A stretch of DNA of 64,000 nucleotides from an uncultured Methanoregulaceae archaeon (GTDB taxonomy: Archaea > Halobacteriota > Methanomicrobia > Methanomicrobiales > Methanospirillaceae), in contig OY969564.1 of NCBI GenBank assembly GCA_963701095.1, forward strand, positions 1,088,001 through 1,152,000. Direction: 5' to 3'. Position numbers and translations under genes: made by a program. Positions 29,803-41,100 of this stretch are shown piece after piece. Position 1 is the stretch's first letter. The number at the start of each line of letters is the position of its first letter. The notes under the pieces were generated by a model. That model saw only the letters and a list, made by a program, of their open reading frames with translations, ran no database searches and had not been told where the DNA came from.

Positions 29803-31416
29803 TCATCTCACTTTTATAAGGTCCATTAAATTGATGGGCTCCGTGAGTACCTGTAGTCCCTGAGGTGTTTTACCCGTTCTAAATATTGTTTCCCAATATG
29901 CATTGTTTTGTCTTCCGCCAAAAACAGTCAAGGATAATTCCTTGTTGACCCATATAGGTAGATTTCTAAAATTCTTGATAAAAACTCGTAGGGATGCCCA
30001 GAGCGGATCCGGGAATTTTTCCTGAAACAACTTCTTTTCATTGATGGGTTTTCCTTGCATAATGAAATAATTTTTAATGATCTGCTCAATGAATTTCAAC
30101 CAATTATACATTATTTCTTCTTTGCTCATACGGAATGCTACGAGATGATCTTCTGGGATAATTTCCCCTTTCCTTAAATTACTTTCAAGCATGGAAGTTC
30201 CAATTTCGGGATCGAATTTACCGAGATAAATTTCCTCGGCTATGATATTCATCAATTTTAAAAGCTGTTCCTTTTCATTTACTCGCGGGTTATTGTCTTC
30301 ATCAAGATGGAAATCAAGAGGTGTCTCTAAAACATCTTGGAAGATAAAAAAGGAATAAAATGTCTTTTCGAGAGTACTGTATGAAATAGGTTTTTCTTTT
30401 GCTCTTCCCCCAAAATCTATGAAATCTCTCAACTCATTGGTTGGTTCGTGGGTAATTCCATCACGAACCGCATCAACAATATAGCGTTTCATTTCCCGGG
30501 TTTCGCCCTTGAAATATTTGACCAAATCCATTTCAGAAAATGGAAAATCCTCTTCTTTTAGACCATTCTCTTGTTGATAACGGGCCACACGGTCACGATA
30601 GAGAGCAGTTCCCAAATGGCGTTGAACTGATTTATCAAATGCGACCTGTCTTAAGGTAGTCCCTGCGTTGGTGTTCGCGGTAAGTAGAACATCAAGATCC
30701 GGATCAATGAAAATCCTTATGGGTAAACGTCGAACGCTGAGGAAAATTTGGGCAGCTGCCTTATGCTGACCGTCAAAAACTTTGATTGGAGATTGATCTT
30801 CTTTTGTTACAATATATCCTAATGAAACATGAAGTTGAGGACGTCTCAAAAAGAATTCATGAACAAGTTTTGAGATGTTTTTTCCAATTGGTCGAGGATT
30901 TATTCTATCGTCATGAAATACATATTCAATTGGCACTAATGCAAAAAAATAGTGGAAATTGCTTAGTGGGTCCTGATAAACGGGAGATTGTAAAATTTCA
31001 TTCTCTCCGATCTTCCCAAAAGAATATCTTACAATATTTTTCTCAATTGAGAAATTTAATTCAAATTTCGATCCATCATAATTTAAAAGAATATCTCCAA
31101 GATTGGGTGGCGAATGTTTTTCTTCGAGAGTTTTTTGTTGCAGCTTTAGAAGGTGCGCAAGTATTCGGGCTATTCTTAAATCTGAAGCCTGTTTCGAGCG
31201 GTTACAGGATGCGTGAGTGAGAGCAAAATTTGAAGGATCATCTTTTCCTTCATTATTTAAAGGAATAATATGATCGATGTCAAGATCGTTCTTATGAAGT
31301 TTTAAATCAATTTCTTCCTCACATATAAAACAACGGTATCCTTGAGATTCTGCTAATTTTTTTTCTAACTCATCCCGTTCTCCTTGGGAAAGTCGACTTA
31401 AGTATTGTGAGCCCAA
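29803..31416 (-). CDS. HNH endonuclease fused to a DGQH(K) ParB/DndB-like domain
   Basis: CFIC..DIDHIIPL..GKDDPSNFALTHASCNRSK (HNH); INPRPI and VFDGQHKAAA. Probable TTG start at 31416 after GAGGG. Confidence 0.75.
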   Translation of the reverse strand: MGSQYLSRLSQGERDELEKKLAESQGYRCFICEEEIDLKLHKNDLDIDHIIPLNNEGKDDPSNFALTHASCNRSKQASDLRIARILAHLLKLQQKTLEEKHSPPNLGDILLNYDGSKFELNFSIEKNIVRYSFGKIGENEILQSPVYQDPLSNFHYFFALVPIEYVFHDDRINPRPIGKNISKLVHEFFLRRPQLHVSLGYIVTKEDQSPIKVFDGQHKAAAQIFLSVRRLPIRIFIDPDLDVLLTANTNAGTTLRQVAFDKSVQRHLGTALYRDRVARYQQENGLKEEDFPFSEMDLVKYFKGETREMKRYIVDAVRDGITHEPTNELRDFIDFGGRAKEKPISYSTLEKTFYSFFIFQDVLETPLDFHLDEDNNPRVNEKEQLLKLMNIIAEEIYLGKFDPEIGTSMLESNLRKGEIIPEDHLVAFRMSKEEIMYNWLKFIEQIIKNYFIMQGKPINEKKLFQEKFPDPLWASLRVFIKNFRNLPIWVNKELSLTVFGGRQNNAYWETIFRTGKTPQGLQVLTEPINLMDLIKVR

Positions 31417-31609
31417 AATATCCCTCGATATGCAACTTAATGTTATCAAATAAGACTTTTTATATATGCCGCTTAATTTCGGTCATAACAGCAAGATCCG
31501 GTAATTCGGCTAGTACCATCACGGGATTGATTGCCAGGCTTGCCTTCTTGCTGTCCATATATAATATGCAAATCTATTTCTCTGAATATGCCAAGAAATA
31601 TCCGCGACT

Positions 31610-32095
31610 ATGATCGAAGCTGCCTCTGTTTCATATGGCGAAATAGACCTAAAATTAAGACTTGCCCTAAGTGATTTAAGACAAAATGACCATCAACTCC
31701 TTGAAAGGGAAGCACATGAAATTGCAATAACACATCAAATAGCATGTTATTTTAAGAAATATTTTCACATATGGCATGTGGATTGCGAATATAATCGAAG
31801 AGGCAATGATGCAAAAACCAATTCTGCCGGGCAAGATATCAGGCCGGATATCATCATCCACGAAAGGCATGACCCCAAAAATCCCTCTAAAAAGAACAAT
31901 CTTCTTATTATAGAAGTTAAAAAAAACAAAACCGATTCTCAAAATGATAGGGATAAATTAATAGAATTAACGAAAAAAGATGGAGCTGACCATTACCAAT
32001 TTGGTGTTTTCCTCTCAATATCAACAATTCCTCCCTATCATGCACGATGGGAATTGTTTCAAAATGGTATCCATGAAAAAACGATCGTGGAGTAA
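31610..32095 (+). CDS. Small PD-(D/E)xK nuclease-fold protein
   Basis: HEIAI..HVDCEYNR..IRPDIIIHER..NLLIIEVKK..DRDKL. Confidence 0.65.
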   Translation: MIEAASVSYGEIDLKLRLALSDLRQNDHQLLEREAHEIAITHQIACYFKKYFHIWHVDCEYNRRGNDAKTNSAGQDIRPDIIIHERHDPKNPSKKNNLLIIEVKKNKTDSQNDRDKLIELTKKDGADHYQFGVFLSISTIPPYHARWELFQNGIHEKTIVE

Positions 32096-32466
32096 TCTAA
32101 TCCCTTTGCACCAGCCTGCAGTCTGGGTACATCATCGACAACTCCGAAATTCAGGTTTAGCCGGGAACTCTCCTTTTAGTATTTCGCTGACGAGATTCCG
32201 CATTGAAGCCATGAACGTCAGATTATTCAGTGATTTCACCCATTTTTTTCATGGATAGCATCTCACGTATAACCGGTTCATTTTTTGAAACTAGCCATTT
32301 CCGGGAACTACCTTGCCGCACTTTGGAATTTATCGCACAGACACCATTTTCGAAAGATGAGATAGTGCAACCGGGTTCGAAGCCTGGTCAAAAAATAACG
32401 TACAGAGGAACGACGCTCCCCTAAAGCCTTGCATATATTTTGTGTCTCGTCCCGCATCGACGTATC

Positions 32467-32499
32467 AAATTAAATGTAAGACAATAATACAATTAATTT
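32467..32499. repeat. 13-7-13 palindromic site, copy 1 (direct repeat with 46792-46824)
   Basis: aaattaaatgtaa-gacaata-atacaattaattt. Confidence 0.7.
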
Positions 32500-32578
32500 C
32501 GGGAGTTATACCCAAAAAAATACTGCGTTTATGAGTCCGCGCTAGAAATTTTGAAAACAATTTTTGGATTTTTCCCGA

Positions 32579-33799
32579 TCATACATAATTATCATATTCG
32601 GATTGCTCCACGCCGTCATTAAAATATCCTGCGACGATAACGTGGACTTTTCCTTCATGCGAGCGATCTTTTGTGACGGGAGTTTCCGTTGCAGGGACGG
32701 TAATCTGGCTGTTTACCGGCAATATTTTATTTCCGGAAACGCTACCGATCATTCTCGGAACCATCCCGGAACCACTAACGCCCAAACCAGTCAAACTGTC
32801 TTCATTTATTCCGCCCTGATAAATAATGGTAATTATAGTTGATGTCGCTGTATCTAACCTCTGAACAGAAACATTAACGATATGCGTTACGGGGGTTGGT
32901 GAGGGTTGTACTGATATCGAATCAAAATCTGACAACGTCGGGGATGGAATCACGGTAATTATTTGAGTGACTTCTGATAAGGAGTTCATATTACCAGGCT
33001 GTGTGGAGAGAGATGTTGATGAGGATGAAACGTGGCTGCCATTACTGATTACGGCGATAAAAACGAAAAACAGTAAAAAAATAAATAAAACCGCAGAACC
33101 CCAGGTAATTACTCGTATCCCAGCCATCGTTCTCTTCTGGTTCGGTTTTTTCGGGATTTTTGGATACGGAGGAGCCTGCGGAAAATGTGATGGAGAAAAT
33201 GTAGGGGGAGTTGAAGAGGTGAAGGTATTCCCGGTAGATTTTGATGTATTGACCATTTCGATTTTTTTGAGAGCACTATCCCTGCTTGTTCGAATCTTTA
33301 TATCATGCGGATTGAGTTTGAGCGAACTATCATACGCTTCAACTGCTTCATGATATTTTCCCAGGAACGAAAGTGCGTCACCTTTACTATTCCATATAGC
33401 AGTATTCCCGGGATTTTTTGACAAAATGGTATCATAAACCGGGATCACTTTATCGTATCTTTTTAAGGTAAAGAGAACGGCACTTTTTCCTTTCAAAGCG
33501 TCAAGTTTGCCAGGTTTATACCCCAATATTTCATCAAACTCAGAGAGAGCCGCCTCGTATCGCCCGGCATTTATGTGATCCTGAGCGGATTGAAATAATG
33601 CAGAGATCTTTCTCTTTTCATCGGTAAATTTTTCATACGCCAGATTGATCTTCTTGATTCTCTCTTCTGCACCAGGTTCCCTGCAGATATCCGGATGAAA
33701 TTTCTTTGCCAGGTTTTGGTATGCTTTTTTGATCTCATTATCATCAGCGTCGCGGGATACGCCAAGATCCGTATAATAATCTGCATTGTCTCCGGCCAT
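32579..33799 (-). CDS. DnaJ domain + TPR + TM + pilin-like extracellular domain protein
   Basis: [18 protein letters not shown] (J domain), about 3 TPRs, one TM, S/T linker, C-terminal [29 protein letters not shown]. Confidence 0.75.
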   Translation of the reverse strand: MAGDNADYYTDLGVSRDADDNEIKKAYQNLAKKFHPDICREPGAEERIKKINLAYEKFTDEKRKISALFQSAQDHINAGRYEAALSEFDEILGYKPGKLDALKGKSAVLFTLKRYDKVIPVYDTILSKNPGNTAIWNSKGDALSFLGKYHEAVEAYDSSLKLNPHDIKIRTSRDSALKKIEMVNTSKSTGNTFTSSTPPTFSPSHFPQAPPYPKIPKKPNQKRTMAGIRVITWGSAVLFIFLLFFVFIAVISNGSHVSSSSTSLSTQPGNMNSLSEVTQIITVIPSPTLSDFDSISVQPSPTPVTHIVNVSVQRLDTATSTIITIIYQGGINEDSLTGLGVSGSGMVPRMIGSVSGNKILPVNSQITVPATETPVTKDRSHEGKVHVIVAGYFNDGVEQSEYDNYV

Positions 33800-33827
33800 A
33801 GTCTCAGTCGCTGATTATCTTGTCAGT

Positions 33828-34067
33828 TCATGGAAAGTCAATACAGGAATCGGTATTTTGGAAATTGCACCGCCTGATGCGTTTATATGCTAAAATCCAT
33901 CCCTGTATGAACCCGTATTTTTCCAGCGCCATAATTGCATAGTTTGAGCAGGAGGGATAGAACCTGCAGATAATATTGCGCTTTTTGTTGTAGTTCCTGC
34001 CAATCTTTCCATGCCAGACACGTTTTATCAGGAATATTGACAAAACGGTGAAAAAATTACACTTCAT
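33828..34067 (-). CDS. yidD: YidD-family (membrane protein insertion efficiency factor) protein
   Basis: [34 protein letters not shown] signature with three conserved Cys. Confidence 0.85.
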   Translation of the reverse strand: MKCNFFTVLSIFLIKRVWHGKIGRNYNKKRNIICRFYPSCSNYAIMALEKYGFIQGWILAYKRIRRCNFQNTDSCIDFP

Positions 34068-34090
34068 AGTCTGGCATCCTTCCGGCAGTT

Positions 34091-35047
34091 TTATTTCTTC
34101 CTGAGGGCTATTTCACGATTTTTTATCGCCATAATGAAATCCGGGTTAATGGCTATCGCCCTGTCATATGAAGCGATGGCTTCTGCATACCGCCCGAGCT
34201 CTACCAGCAGGACGCCCCGGTTATTCCATGCCATCGCATACTCAGGATTAATGGCAACAGATTTGTCATACGAGGCTAACGCTTCTGTATTCCTGAGAAG
34301 TTTAGCCTGTGAAACACCGCGGTTAAACCACGCCATGGCATATTCCGGGTTAATAGCAACAGATTTGTCACATGAAGCGATCGCTTCTGCATGAAGCCCA
34401 AGTTTACCCTGGGCAACGCCACGGTTGTACCACGCTTCGAAATAATCAGGCTTTAGAGCAATGGCCCGGTCATACGAAGCAATTGCCTCTTTATGTTTAC
34501 CCTGCCTTGCCTGCGAGACCCCGCGATTAAATTCTGAAGCAGGATCTTTCGGATCGTACGTCAGGATTTTTTCAGAGAAACTATGCGAACCACACCGGGG
34601 ACAGGATTTTAACCGGTCTAATTCAGATCGGTTGGCGTCCCAATTTCTCTGGCTTGTCGCCTGCCGTGTTCCACCACACATACCACAGGTATTGCATTGT
34701 TGCAGGGAACCCTGGCATGAACCAAGAGTACCCTGAAAAGCACTTAACTTCAGGTCAGTCTCCCGTGATTTTAACGAGTGCCAGACTGTACCGCACTGCA
34801 GGCAGGTCCTTTCATATTCCTTTATGGAAAGCCATGAACTTTTATGCGAAACCGGCGCGTTTTGCGGTTTTTTCTCAATTGGTTTTTCTTTTTCGGTGTT
34901 TTGTTTTCCATCCGTTGGTTTATTGTGAGGAGGGGGTTGTTTTGTTTTTATGGGTTCGGGTTTTTTAACTTCAGGGGTTTCGGATGCTTCATCGTCTTTC
35001 TCAAAGATAGAATCATATATTTTATCCCGTAAACCCATCAATATCAA
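34091..35047 (-). CDS. Cys-rich (Zn-binding) + TPR protein
   Basis: [19 protein letters not shown], followed by four TPRs ([17 protein letters not shown]). Confidence 0.8.
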   Translation of the reverse strand: MILMGLRDKIYDSIFEKDDEASETPEVKKPEPIKTKQPPPHNKPTDGKQNTEKEKPIEKKPQNAPVSHKSSWLSIKEYERTCLQCGTVWHSLKSRETDLKLSAFQGTLGSCQGSLQQCNTCGMCGGTRQATSQRNWDANRSELDRLKSCPRCGSHSFSEKILTYDPKDPASEFNRGVSQARQGKHKEAIASYDRAIALKPDYFEAWYNRGVAQGKLGLHAEAIASCDKSVAINPEYAMAWFNRGVSQAKLLRNTEALASYDKSVAINPEYAMAWNNRGVLLVELGRYAEAIASYDRAIAINPDFIMAIKNREIALRKK

Positions 35048-35208
35048 TTTCTATTGATTTTTATTCCAAGATATACATTATTATTTCGTTTTCTATACTT
35101 TTGGCATAAATGAAAAAAATACCTTATACGGTTGCACGAGAATTCAGTTCGATCAGTCCCGGTTGAATTTGAAAATTTGTGGTATTGTTGTCGATATGAA
35201 TGTGGGGT

Positions 35209-35622
35209 TTATACTGATTGGTTAAAAATTTCTCTTCGCTTGATAAGATATAAGGGAAATCCGATAATCCAAAGGAGTAAAACAATAATCCCCCAGCTGG
35301 ATGGGTCCCATGAGAGAGTATTCATCGACTCTTTCTCAAACCGGGTTCCAGCCCCAATAGATTTCGCATCCGAGTAAACCACCGCAGCACTAATCATGAC
35401 CATTATCACGCCCACGTAAATGTTAATGAAAAGGGCCAATAAACTAAAAATAAAGATCAATATCAGAACATAACTCACTGAATAGTTTTTTCCTTGCGCG
35501 CTATCGATTGCCCGATTTTGGCTCATGATGTTTGTTTCACCTGTTCTGGCTCCGCATTTATCACAAAATTTTGACGTTTCATTCACAAGAGGATTCCCGC
35601 ACTCTGGACAAAATCTGGACAC
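35209..35622 (-). CDS. Zn-ribbon membrane protein
   Basis: FCPECG..FCDKCG, then hydrophobic helices ending in WIIGFPLYLIKR. Confidence 0.75.
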   Translation of the reverse strand: MSRFCPECGNPLVNETSKFCDKCGARTGETNIMSQNRAIDSAQGKNYSVSYVLILIFIFSLLALFINIYVGVIMVMISAAVVYSDAKSIGAGTRFEKESMNTLSWDPSSWGIIVLLLWIIGFPLYLIKRREIFNQSV

Positions 35623-35705
35623 CTTCTTTCATCTCCTGATGAATTTGCTATATATTTTTTATATATTCTCTTTACAAAGTTAATAATATATATAATTTTC
35701 AACTT

Positions 35706-36569
35706 ATGTTTACTATGCAGCTGAGAAATGGTATCGGTGCAATGATAATTTTCGTCATGGTAATTTTTATCACGGGATGCATAAGTTCGACAACAACCGG
35801 ATATACACAAACAACGACCCCTACGGTGCCTGCACCAACGCCACAGATCGTTTATGTACCAGCAACAGCAACCCCCACTTCGGCGGTCATTTCTTCACAG
35901 AACTCGATAATAGGTGTCTGGAGAATTATTGATGCAAGCGGTTACGATGAACGGTTCCGGTTCAATGCAGACGGTACGTATCTGGAGAGTCTTTCTCCTA
36001 GCCCCACAAGTCAGACGTTAAATTATTACGGAACGTGGAGTCCTCAGGGGAGTATTTCCTACCAATTACGAAATAAAGTGCTTGGGGAAGTTGAAACGTA
36101 TGTATATGATCCCTCGATGGATGACCTTTATGCGACAACAGATCCCACTCAGTTATTGACCCCGTACCGGGGCGATGTAGCGGCTGCTTCCGCACAAATA
36201 GCAACTCCTTCCGTGCCAACACCTACACCGCGGATCGTTTACGTAACCGTACCGGTCACTCCATCACCGACATTTGACTCCGTACAGACAGCGACGCCAA
36301 CTCTTCCAACGCCACAGGTTATCTATGTAACGGTGACCGTAATCCCGACTCCAACCGTTTCAACCACACCTACTTCAAATCCGATTTTACAGCAATCCTT
36401 TTCCTGGACATGCCAGGGGTGCACCATTCAGAATAATATTTTATCGTGCAACGCCTGTCTCACTACACATAATACGTGGATACCGGCATCACTAACATTG
36501 CCCTGTAATGAGCCTGACGAGGTAGTCAATTGTAATGGGGTGTTACAATGCGGGGGAAATTGTCAGTAG
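35706..36569 (+). CDS. Lipoprotein with P/T-rich repeats and a C-terminal cyanovirin-N-like (CVNH) half domain
   Basis: Lipobox-like FITGC; three (P)TP(Q/R)(I/V)(V/I)YV repeats; C-terminal FSWTC..IQNNILSC..C..W...SLTL..VVNCNGVLQC. Confidence 0.6.
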   Translation: MFTMQLRNGIGAMIIFVMVIFITGCISSTTTGYTQTTTPTVPAPTPQIVYVPATATPTSAVISSQNSIIGVWRIIDASGYDERFRFNADGTYLESLSPSPTSQTLNYYGTWSPQGSISYQLRNKVLGEVETYVYDPSMDDLYATTDPTQLLTPYRGDVAAASAQIATPSVPTPTPRIVYVTVPVTPSPTFDSVQTATPTLPTPQVIYVTVTVIPTPTVSTTPTSNPILQQSFSWTCQGCTIQNNILSCNACLTTHNTWIPASLTLPCNEPDEVVNCNGVLQCGGNCQ

Positions 36570-36611
36570 TGACAAATCCCATCAGATCCAAACTCAAACC
36601 ATTTCCCAAAA

Positions 36612-36649
36612 ACCTGTAAATTTTTGCACAATTTTCAGGTATTTACCGG
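36612..36649. repeat. 38-bp direct repeat, copy 1 (11-7-11 palindrome)
   Basis: acctgtaaatt-tttgcac-aattttcaggt-atttaccgg; 36/38 identical to 37914-37951. Confidence 0.75.
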
Positions 36650-36702
36650 ATCTATGGTCTGATTTTAAAAAAGGAAATAATGGCAATACATACATAATAG
36701 GT

Positions 36703-36909
36703 ATGTCAAATCAAGAATGTGCGACGAAACGGATACCCGTATGTCCCAGCACATGGGAAGCGGTCTATGAACTCCGGAAACCAGGTCAGACCTTTGACGA
36801 GGTTATCAGAGATATTGTGGCAAAGGAGAAGCGCCGCCGTTTATGTGAGGATGCAGATCGTAAAATGCGTGAAGGTCATTTTACGGAGTTCAAACCTAGA
36901 AGTTCCTGA
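36703..36909 (+). CDS. Small RHH-like (antitoxin-type) protein
   Basis: TKRIPVCPSTWEAVYELRKPGQTFDEVIRDIV; no toxin gene adjacent. Confidence 0.6.
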   Translation: MSNQECATKRIPVCPSTWEAVYELRKPGQTFDEVIRDIVAKEKRRRLCEDADRKMREGHFTEFKPRSS

Positions 36910-37047
36910 TCCTCATTAAAGATGAGGAGGTTCACGTCCATTTTTCCCTTCAATCGCCGTGATGGGGCTGTTTTCGTGCAGGATCCGGTTTTGTTAACCA
37001 GATGAGGAATCGCAACTCTTTTGGCAATTTAATAAAAAGCATTCATT

Positions 37048-37599
37048 ATGTGGGTACTGCTGCCCGGCCTTGTGATCGAATCCATCGGAATTGTTCTTCT
37101 CATCACCGGATTAGTGACCACCAGCCTGACGGGGATGATTGCCGGTGTCTGCCTGATAGCAACAGGAATTGTGGTACACATCGTACGGATTGCAGGAAAC
37201 ATGCGTTCCGGCCGGGGAGCTGCAGGAACCGAAACGAGACCCGGGCCGTCACCGGAACCAGACGGTGATACGGTGATCCTCTATGAAGATAACCTGATCA
37301 CGATTACCAAAAACGCGATCATTTTCAAGAATTACTCCCTGCTCCTGAAGCCCCGGCAGGTGAATTTCACGGATATTGATCATATCGATGTGCTAAAACC
37401 CTCACTGACCACCGGGAAATACCGGATATGGGGCTCCGGGAATCTTTCCCTGTGGTTCCCCTTGGATTCCGGCCGTTTTTCGCGGGACACCATATTCCAT
37501 GCATATCTCAGGATCCGCGGGATGAATATCGGGTTTACCGTTGAGAATGCTGATGAGGTTACGGCGATATTACAGGCCAAAGGTCTTATCCGGTCATAA
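37048..37599 (+). CDS. 2-TM membrane protein with a possible PH-like cytoplasmic domain
   Basis: Two N-terminal TMs; LYEDNLITIT..VNFTDIDHI..YRIWGSG..WFPLD..GFTVENAD. Confidence 0.6.
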   Translation: MWVLLPGLVIESIGIVLLITGLVTTSLTGMIAGVCLIATGIVVHIVRIAGNMRSGRGAAGTETRPGPSPEPDGDTVILYEDNLITITKNAIIFKNYSLLLKPRQVNFTDIDHIDVLKPSLTTGKYRIWGSGNLSLWFPLDSGRFSRDTIFHAYLRIRGMNIGFTVENADEVTAILQAKGLIRS

Positions 37600-37913
37600 C
37601 AGCCGTCCGGACACTATACCTGAAATGCGATAAGTACGACAACGCCACTAAATCCACTGATTTATTTTTGATATCAATTATTGACTGCTCCATCTCCGGT
37701 ATGATGGATGAGTGCCCTTCTTTAACGGGTTTTGTGCTCATATCGCACGGGCTTTGAACTGAATGTCATTATCATCATTGAACGGTTGCGAATGATCGTT
37801 TTCTGCAAGCATGATCTCTTTTGGGATTCCGTCGGGGAATGCCTCACACGCCTAGGCACCCCAATAATGAGCGCATTCCATACAGCGTATATTTATCATT
37901 TAACCTCCTCAAC

Positions 37914-37951
37914 ACCTGTAAATTTTTGTATAATTTTCAGGTATTTACCGG
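37914..37951. repeat. 38-bp direct repeat, copy 2
   Basis: acctgtaaatt-tttgtat-aattttcaggt-atttaccgg. Confidence 0.75.
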
Positions 37952-38192
37952 CCTGATCATTAACACCTGTCGTTTCCCGTCCTGGTATTTTTTCACTTTA
38001 CCATCGAACTCTTTTCTAGACACTATAGTTTCATTATCCCGAAGATTCGACTGCCTTGCAACGGTGCATGGCATATTAATAAAAATATATATTGAAGATA
38101 TTTTTCTATTTAATCCACTAGATAAAATTCTCAACTATCATATTTCGGGAGAAGGCAAGGCATCTCAAAACAGGATTTAGGTGTGAAAAATC

Positions 38193-41100
38193 ATGGTTAA
38201 ATCATTAGGACATTTCGCAAACAGGATGATATTCATCCTTTGTATTGTTGTTTTCATAGCCGGTATCGGTATTCCGGTCAGTGCTGGAACAAATGTGACA
38301 CAATCCGTTGCGCCCGGTAGCATCGTTACCAACGTTGAATTTGCTCCCACGTATGTAACCCAGTGGGGGTCAAGCGGATTCGAGAATGGCCAGTTCGCAA
38401 ATCCCAACTGGGTTGCAGTAAGCCCGACAAACGGGTATGTCTATGTCGCTGACACGCAAAATAACCGCATCCAGGAATTTACACCCACAGGGGCATTTGT
38501 GAGCGAATGGGGAAATGGTAAGTTTGCACCCTATTGGCCCAACGGGCCCAGAGGAATAACAATTGATTCCAGTGGGAATATCTACGTAGCTGATTACGGG
38601 AATAACCGTATCGAGAAGTTCACTTCAACCGGTTCATATATAGCCCAATGGGGGTCAGGCGGATCCGGAAACGGCCAGTTCAACGGCCCCCTTGACATAG
38701 CAGTGAGCCCGAGCGGGAATCTCTATGTGACGGACAAAGGCAATTACCGTATCCAGGAGTTCACATCAACAGGTGTGTATGTAACTCAATGGGGGTCGAA
38801 CGGAAACGGGGACAGTCAGTTCGCACAGTGGGACGGGCCCAGTGGCATAGCTGTGGATGCAAGTGGAAATGTCTACGTGGCTGATTACGGGAATAACCGT
38901 ATCGAGAAGTTCACGTCAACCGGTGCATATCTCATGAATTGGGGATCAGCTGGAGGGGGCACCGGCCAGTTCAATAATCCGAATGGAATTGCGGTAGATG
39001 TTAACGGAAATGTTTACATTGACGACACCGGCAATAACCGTATCGAGGAATTCGCTTCCTCCGGGGCATATGAGGGAACATGGAATACCTATGGCAATCC
39101 TTCAACATCCAACTTTAATGGCCCCCTCGGTATTGCCATGAATGCGAGAGGAGACATGTACATCGCAGACACCAATCACAACGTGATGGTGAAGTTTTTC
39201 CCGTTCACTACGACACCGCCTGTTCCAGCAGTCACCAGGATCTCCCCGGCAACCGGGCTGATCACGGGCGGTACATCAGTCACCATCACCGGCTCGGGAT
39301 TTACCGAGGCTAGTTCCGTAAGCTTTGGCAGTCTTTCTACAAACAATATTACCGTTATCAGCGACAGTTCCCTTACCGTTACAAGCCCGGCCGTTGTTAC
39401 CGATGGAACGGTTGATATCTCAGTTACGACTCCCGGGGGAGTATCCGCTCCCGTTACCGCAGACCAGTACACGTATACCGGAACTCTTCCAACCTTTGTA
39501 ACCCAGTGGGGGTCGTACGGAAACGCGAACGGACAGTTAAAGAATCCCAGCTGGGTTGCGGTGAGCCCGACAACCGGGAATGTCTATGTGGTAGATAATG
39601 GCAACAGCCGGGTTCAGGAGTTCTCTTCCTCGGGAGTATATGTAACCCAGTGGGGATCGAACGGAAACGGGAACGATCAGTTTAACAATCCGAACGGAAT
39701 TACGGTGGACGCCGCCGGGAATGTCTATGTAGCTGATTATGGGAATAACCGTATCGAGAAGTTTACATCAACAGGTACATATACAGCCCAGTGGGGATCA
39801 AGCGGCTCCGGGAACGGTCAGTTCAGCGGACCAGTTGACCTAGCAGTAAGCCCGAGCGGGAATCTCTATGTGACTGACAAAGGCAATTATCGTATCCAGG
39901 AGTTCACACCAGCAGGTGTGTATGTAACCCAATGGGGGTCGAGTGGAAACGAGGACAGTCAGTTCGCACAGTGGGATGGGCCAAGTGGCATAGCAGTGGA
40001 TTCCAGTGGAAATGTCTACGTGGCTGATTACGGGAATAACCGTATCGAGAAGTTCACGTCAACCGGTGCATATCTCGTGAATTGGGGATCGGCTGGAGGG
40101 GGCACCGGTCAGTTTAACAATCCGAACGGAATTGCGGCAGATTCTTACGGAAATGTTTACGTTGACGACACCGGCAATAACCGTGTCGGGGAATTCACCT
40201 CATCCGGGGCATATGAGGGAACATGGAATTCCTACGGCAATCCAAAAGCCACCTTTAACGTTCCCTTCGGCATTGCCACAAGTTCGAACGGGAACCTCTA
40301 CATAGCAGATGCCCATAACAACGTCATGGTGAAGTACCTCCTCCATATACCACCTGTTCCGGCAGTGACCGGTCTTTCCCCGGCGCAGGGCCCGGTATCC
40401 GGCGGGACTGCGGTAACCATCACGGGAACCGGGTTCACCGGTGCAACAGCAGTATGGTTTGGAACAAACACCTCAACCAACTATACGGTAAATGCCGATA
40501 CCAGGATCACCGCGGTCTCACCGGCTAATCCTTCAGGGACCGTTAATGTTACTGTCACTACCCCCGGGGTACGTCTGCACTCTCAGCAGGAGACAAATTC
40601 ACGTATGGAGTGGTCCCGGTAATCCCGACAGTTACCGGCATCTCCCCGGTATCCGGCCCGACTGCCGGAGGAACTGCAGTAAACATCACCGGGACCGGCT
40701 TTACCGGAGCGACCAATGTAACCTTCGGGACTACCCCCGCACCTTCGTTCACCGTCAATAGCGCCACGTCAATCAAAGCCACAAGCCCGGCTCATGCAGT
40801 AGGGCTCGTTAATATCACCGTTACCACACCGGGCGGCACATCTTTAATATCAACAGCCGATCGCTATACCTTTACACTTTCCCCAGTAACCCCAACCGTT
40901 ACGGGTATCTCACCCACGTACGGAACAACCGCTGGCGGTACCGAGGTGATCGTTACCGGAACCACATTTACCGGAGCGACCTCAGTAAAATTTGGCTCTG
41001 CAGCTGGTACAATCATCGTGAACACAGGTTCACTTATCGTCGTGTCCAGTCCGGCCAATGCAGCGGGAACGGTTGACGTAACAGTCACCACTCCCACCGG

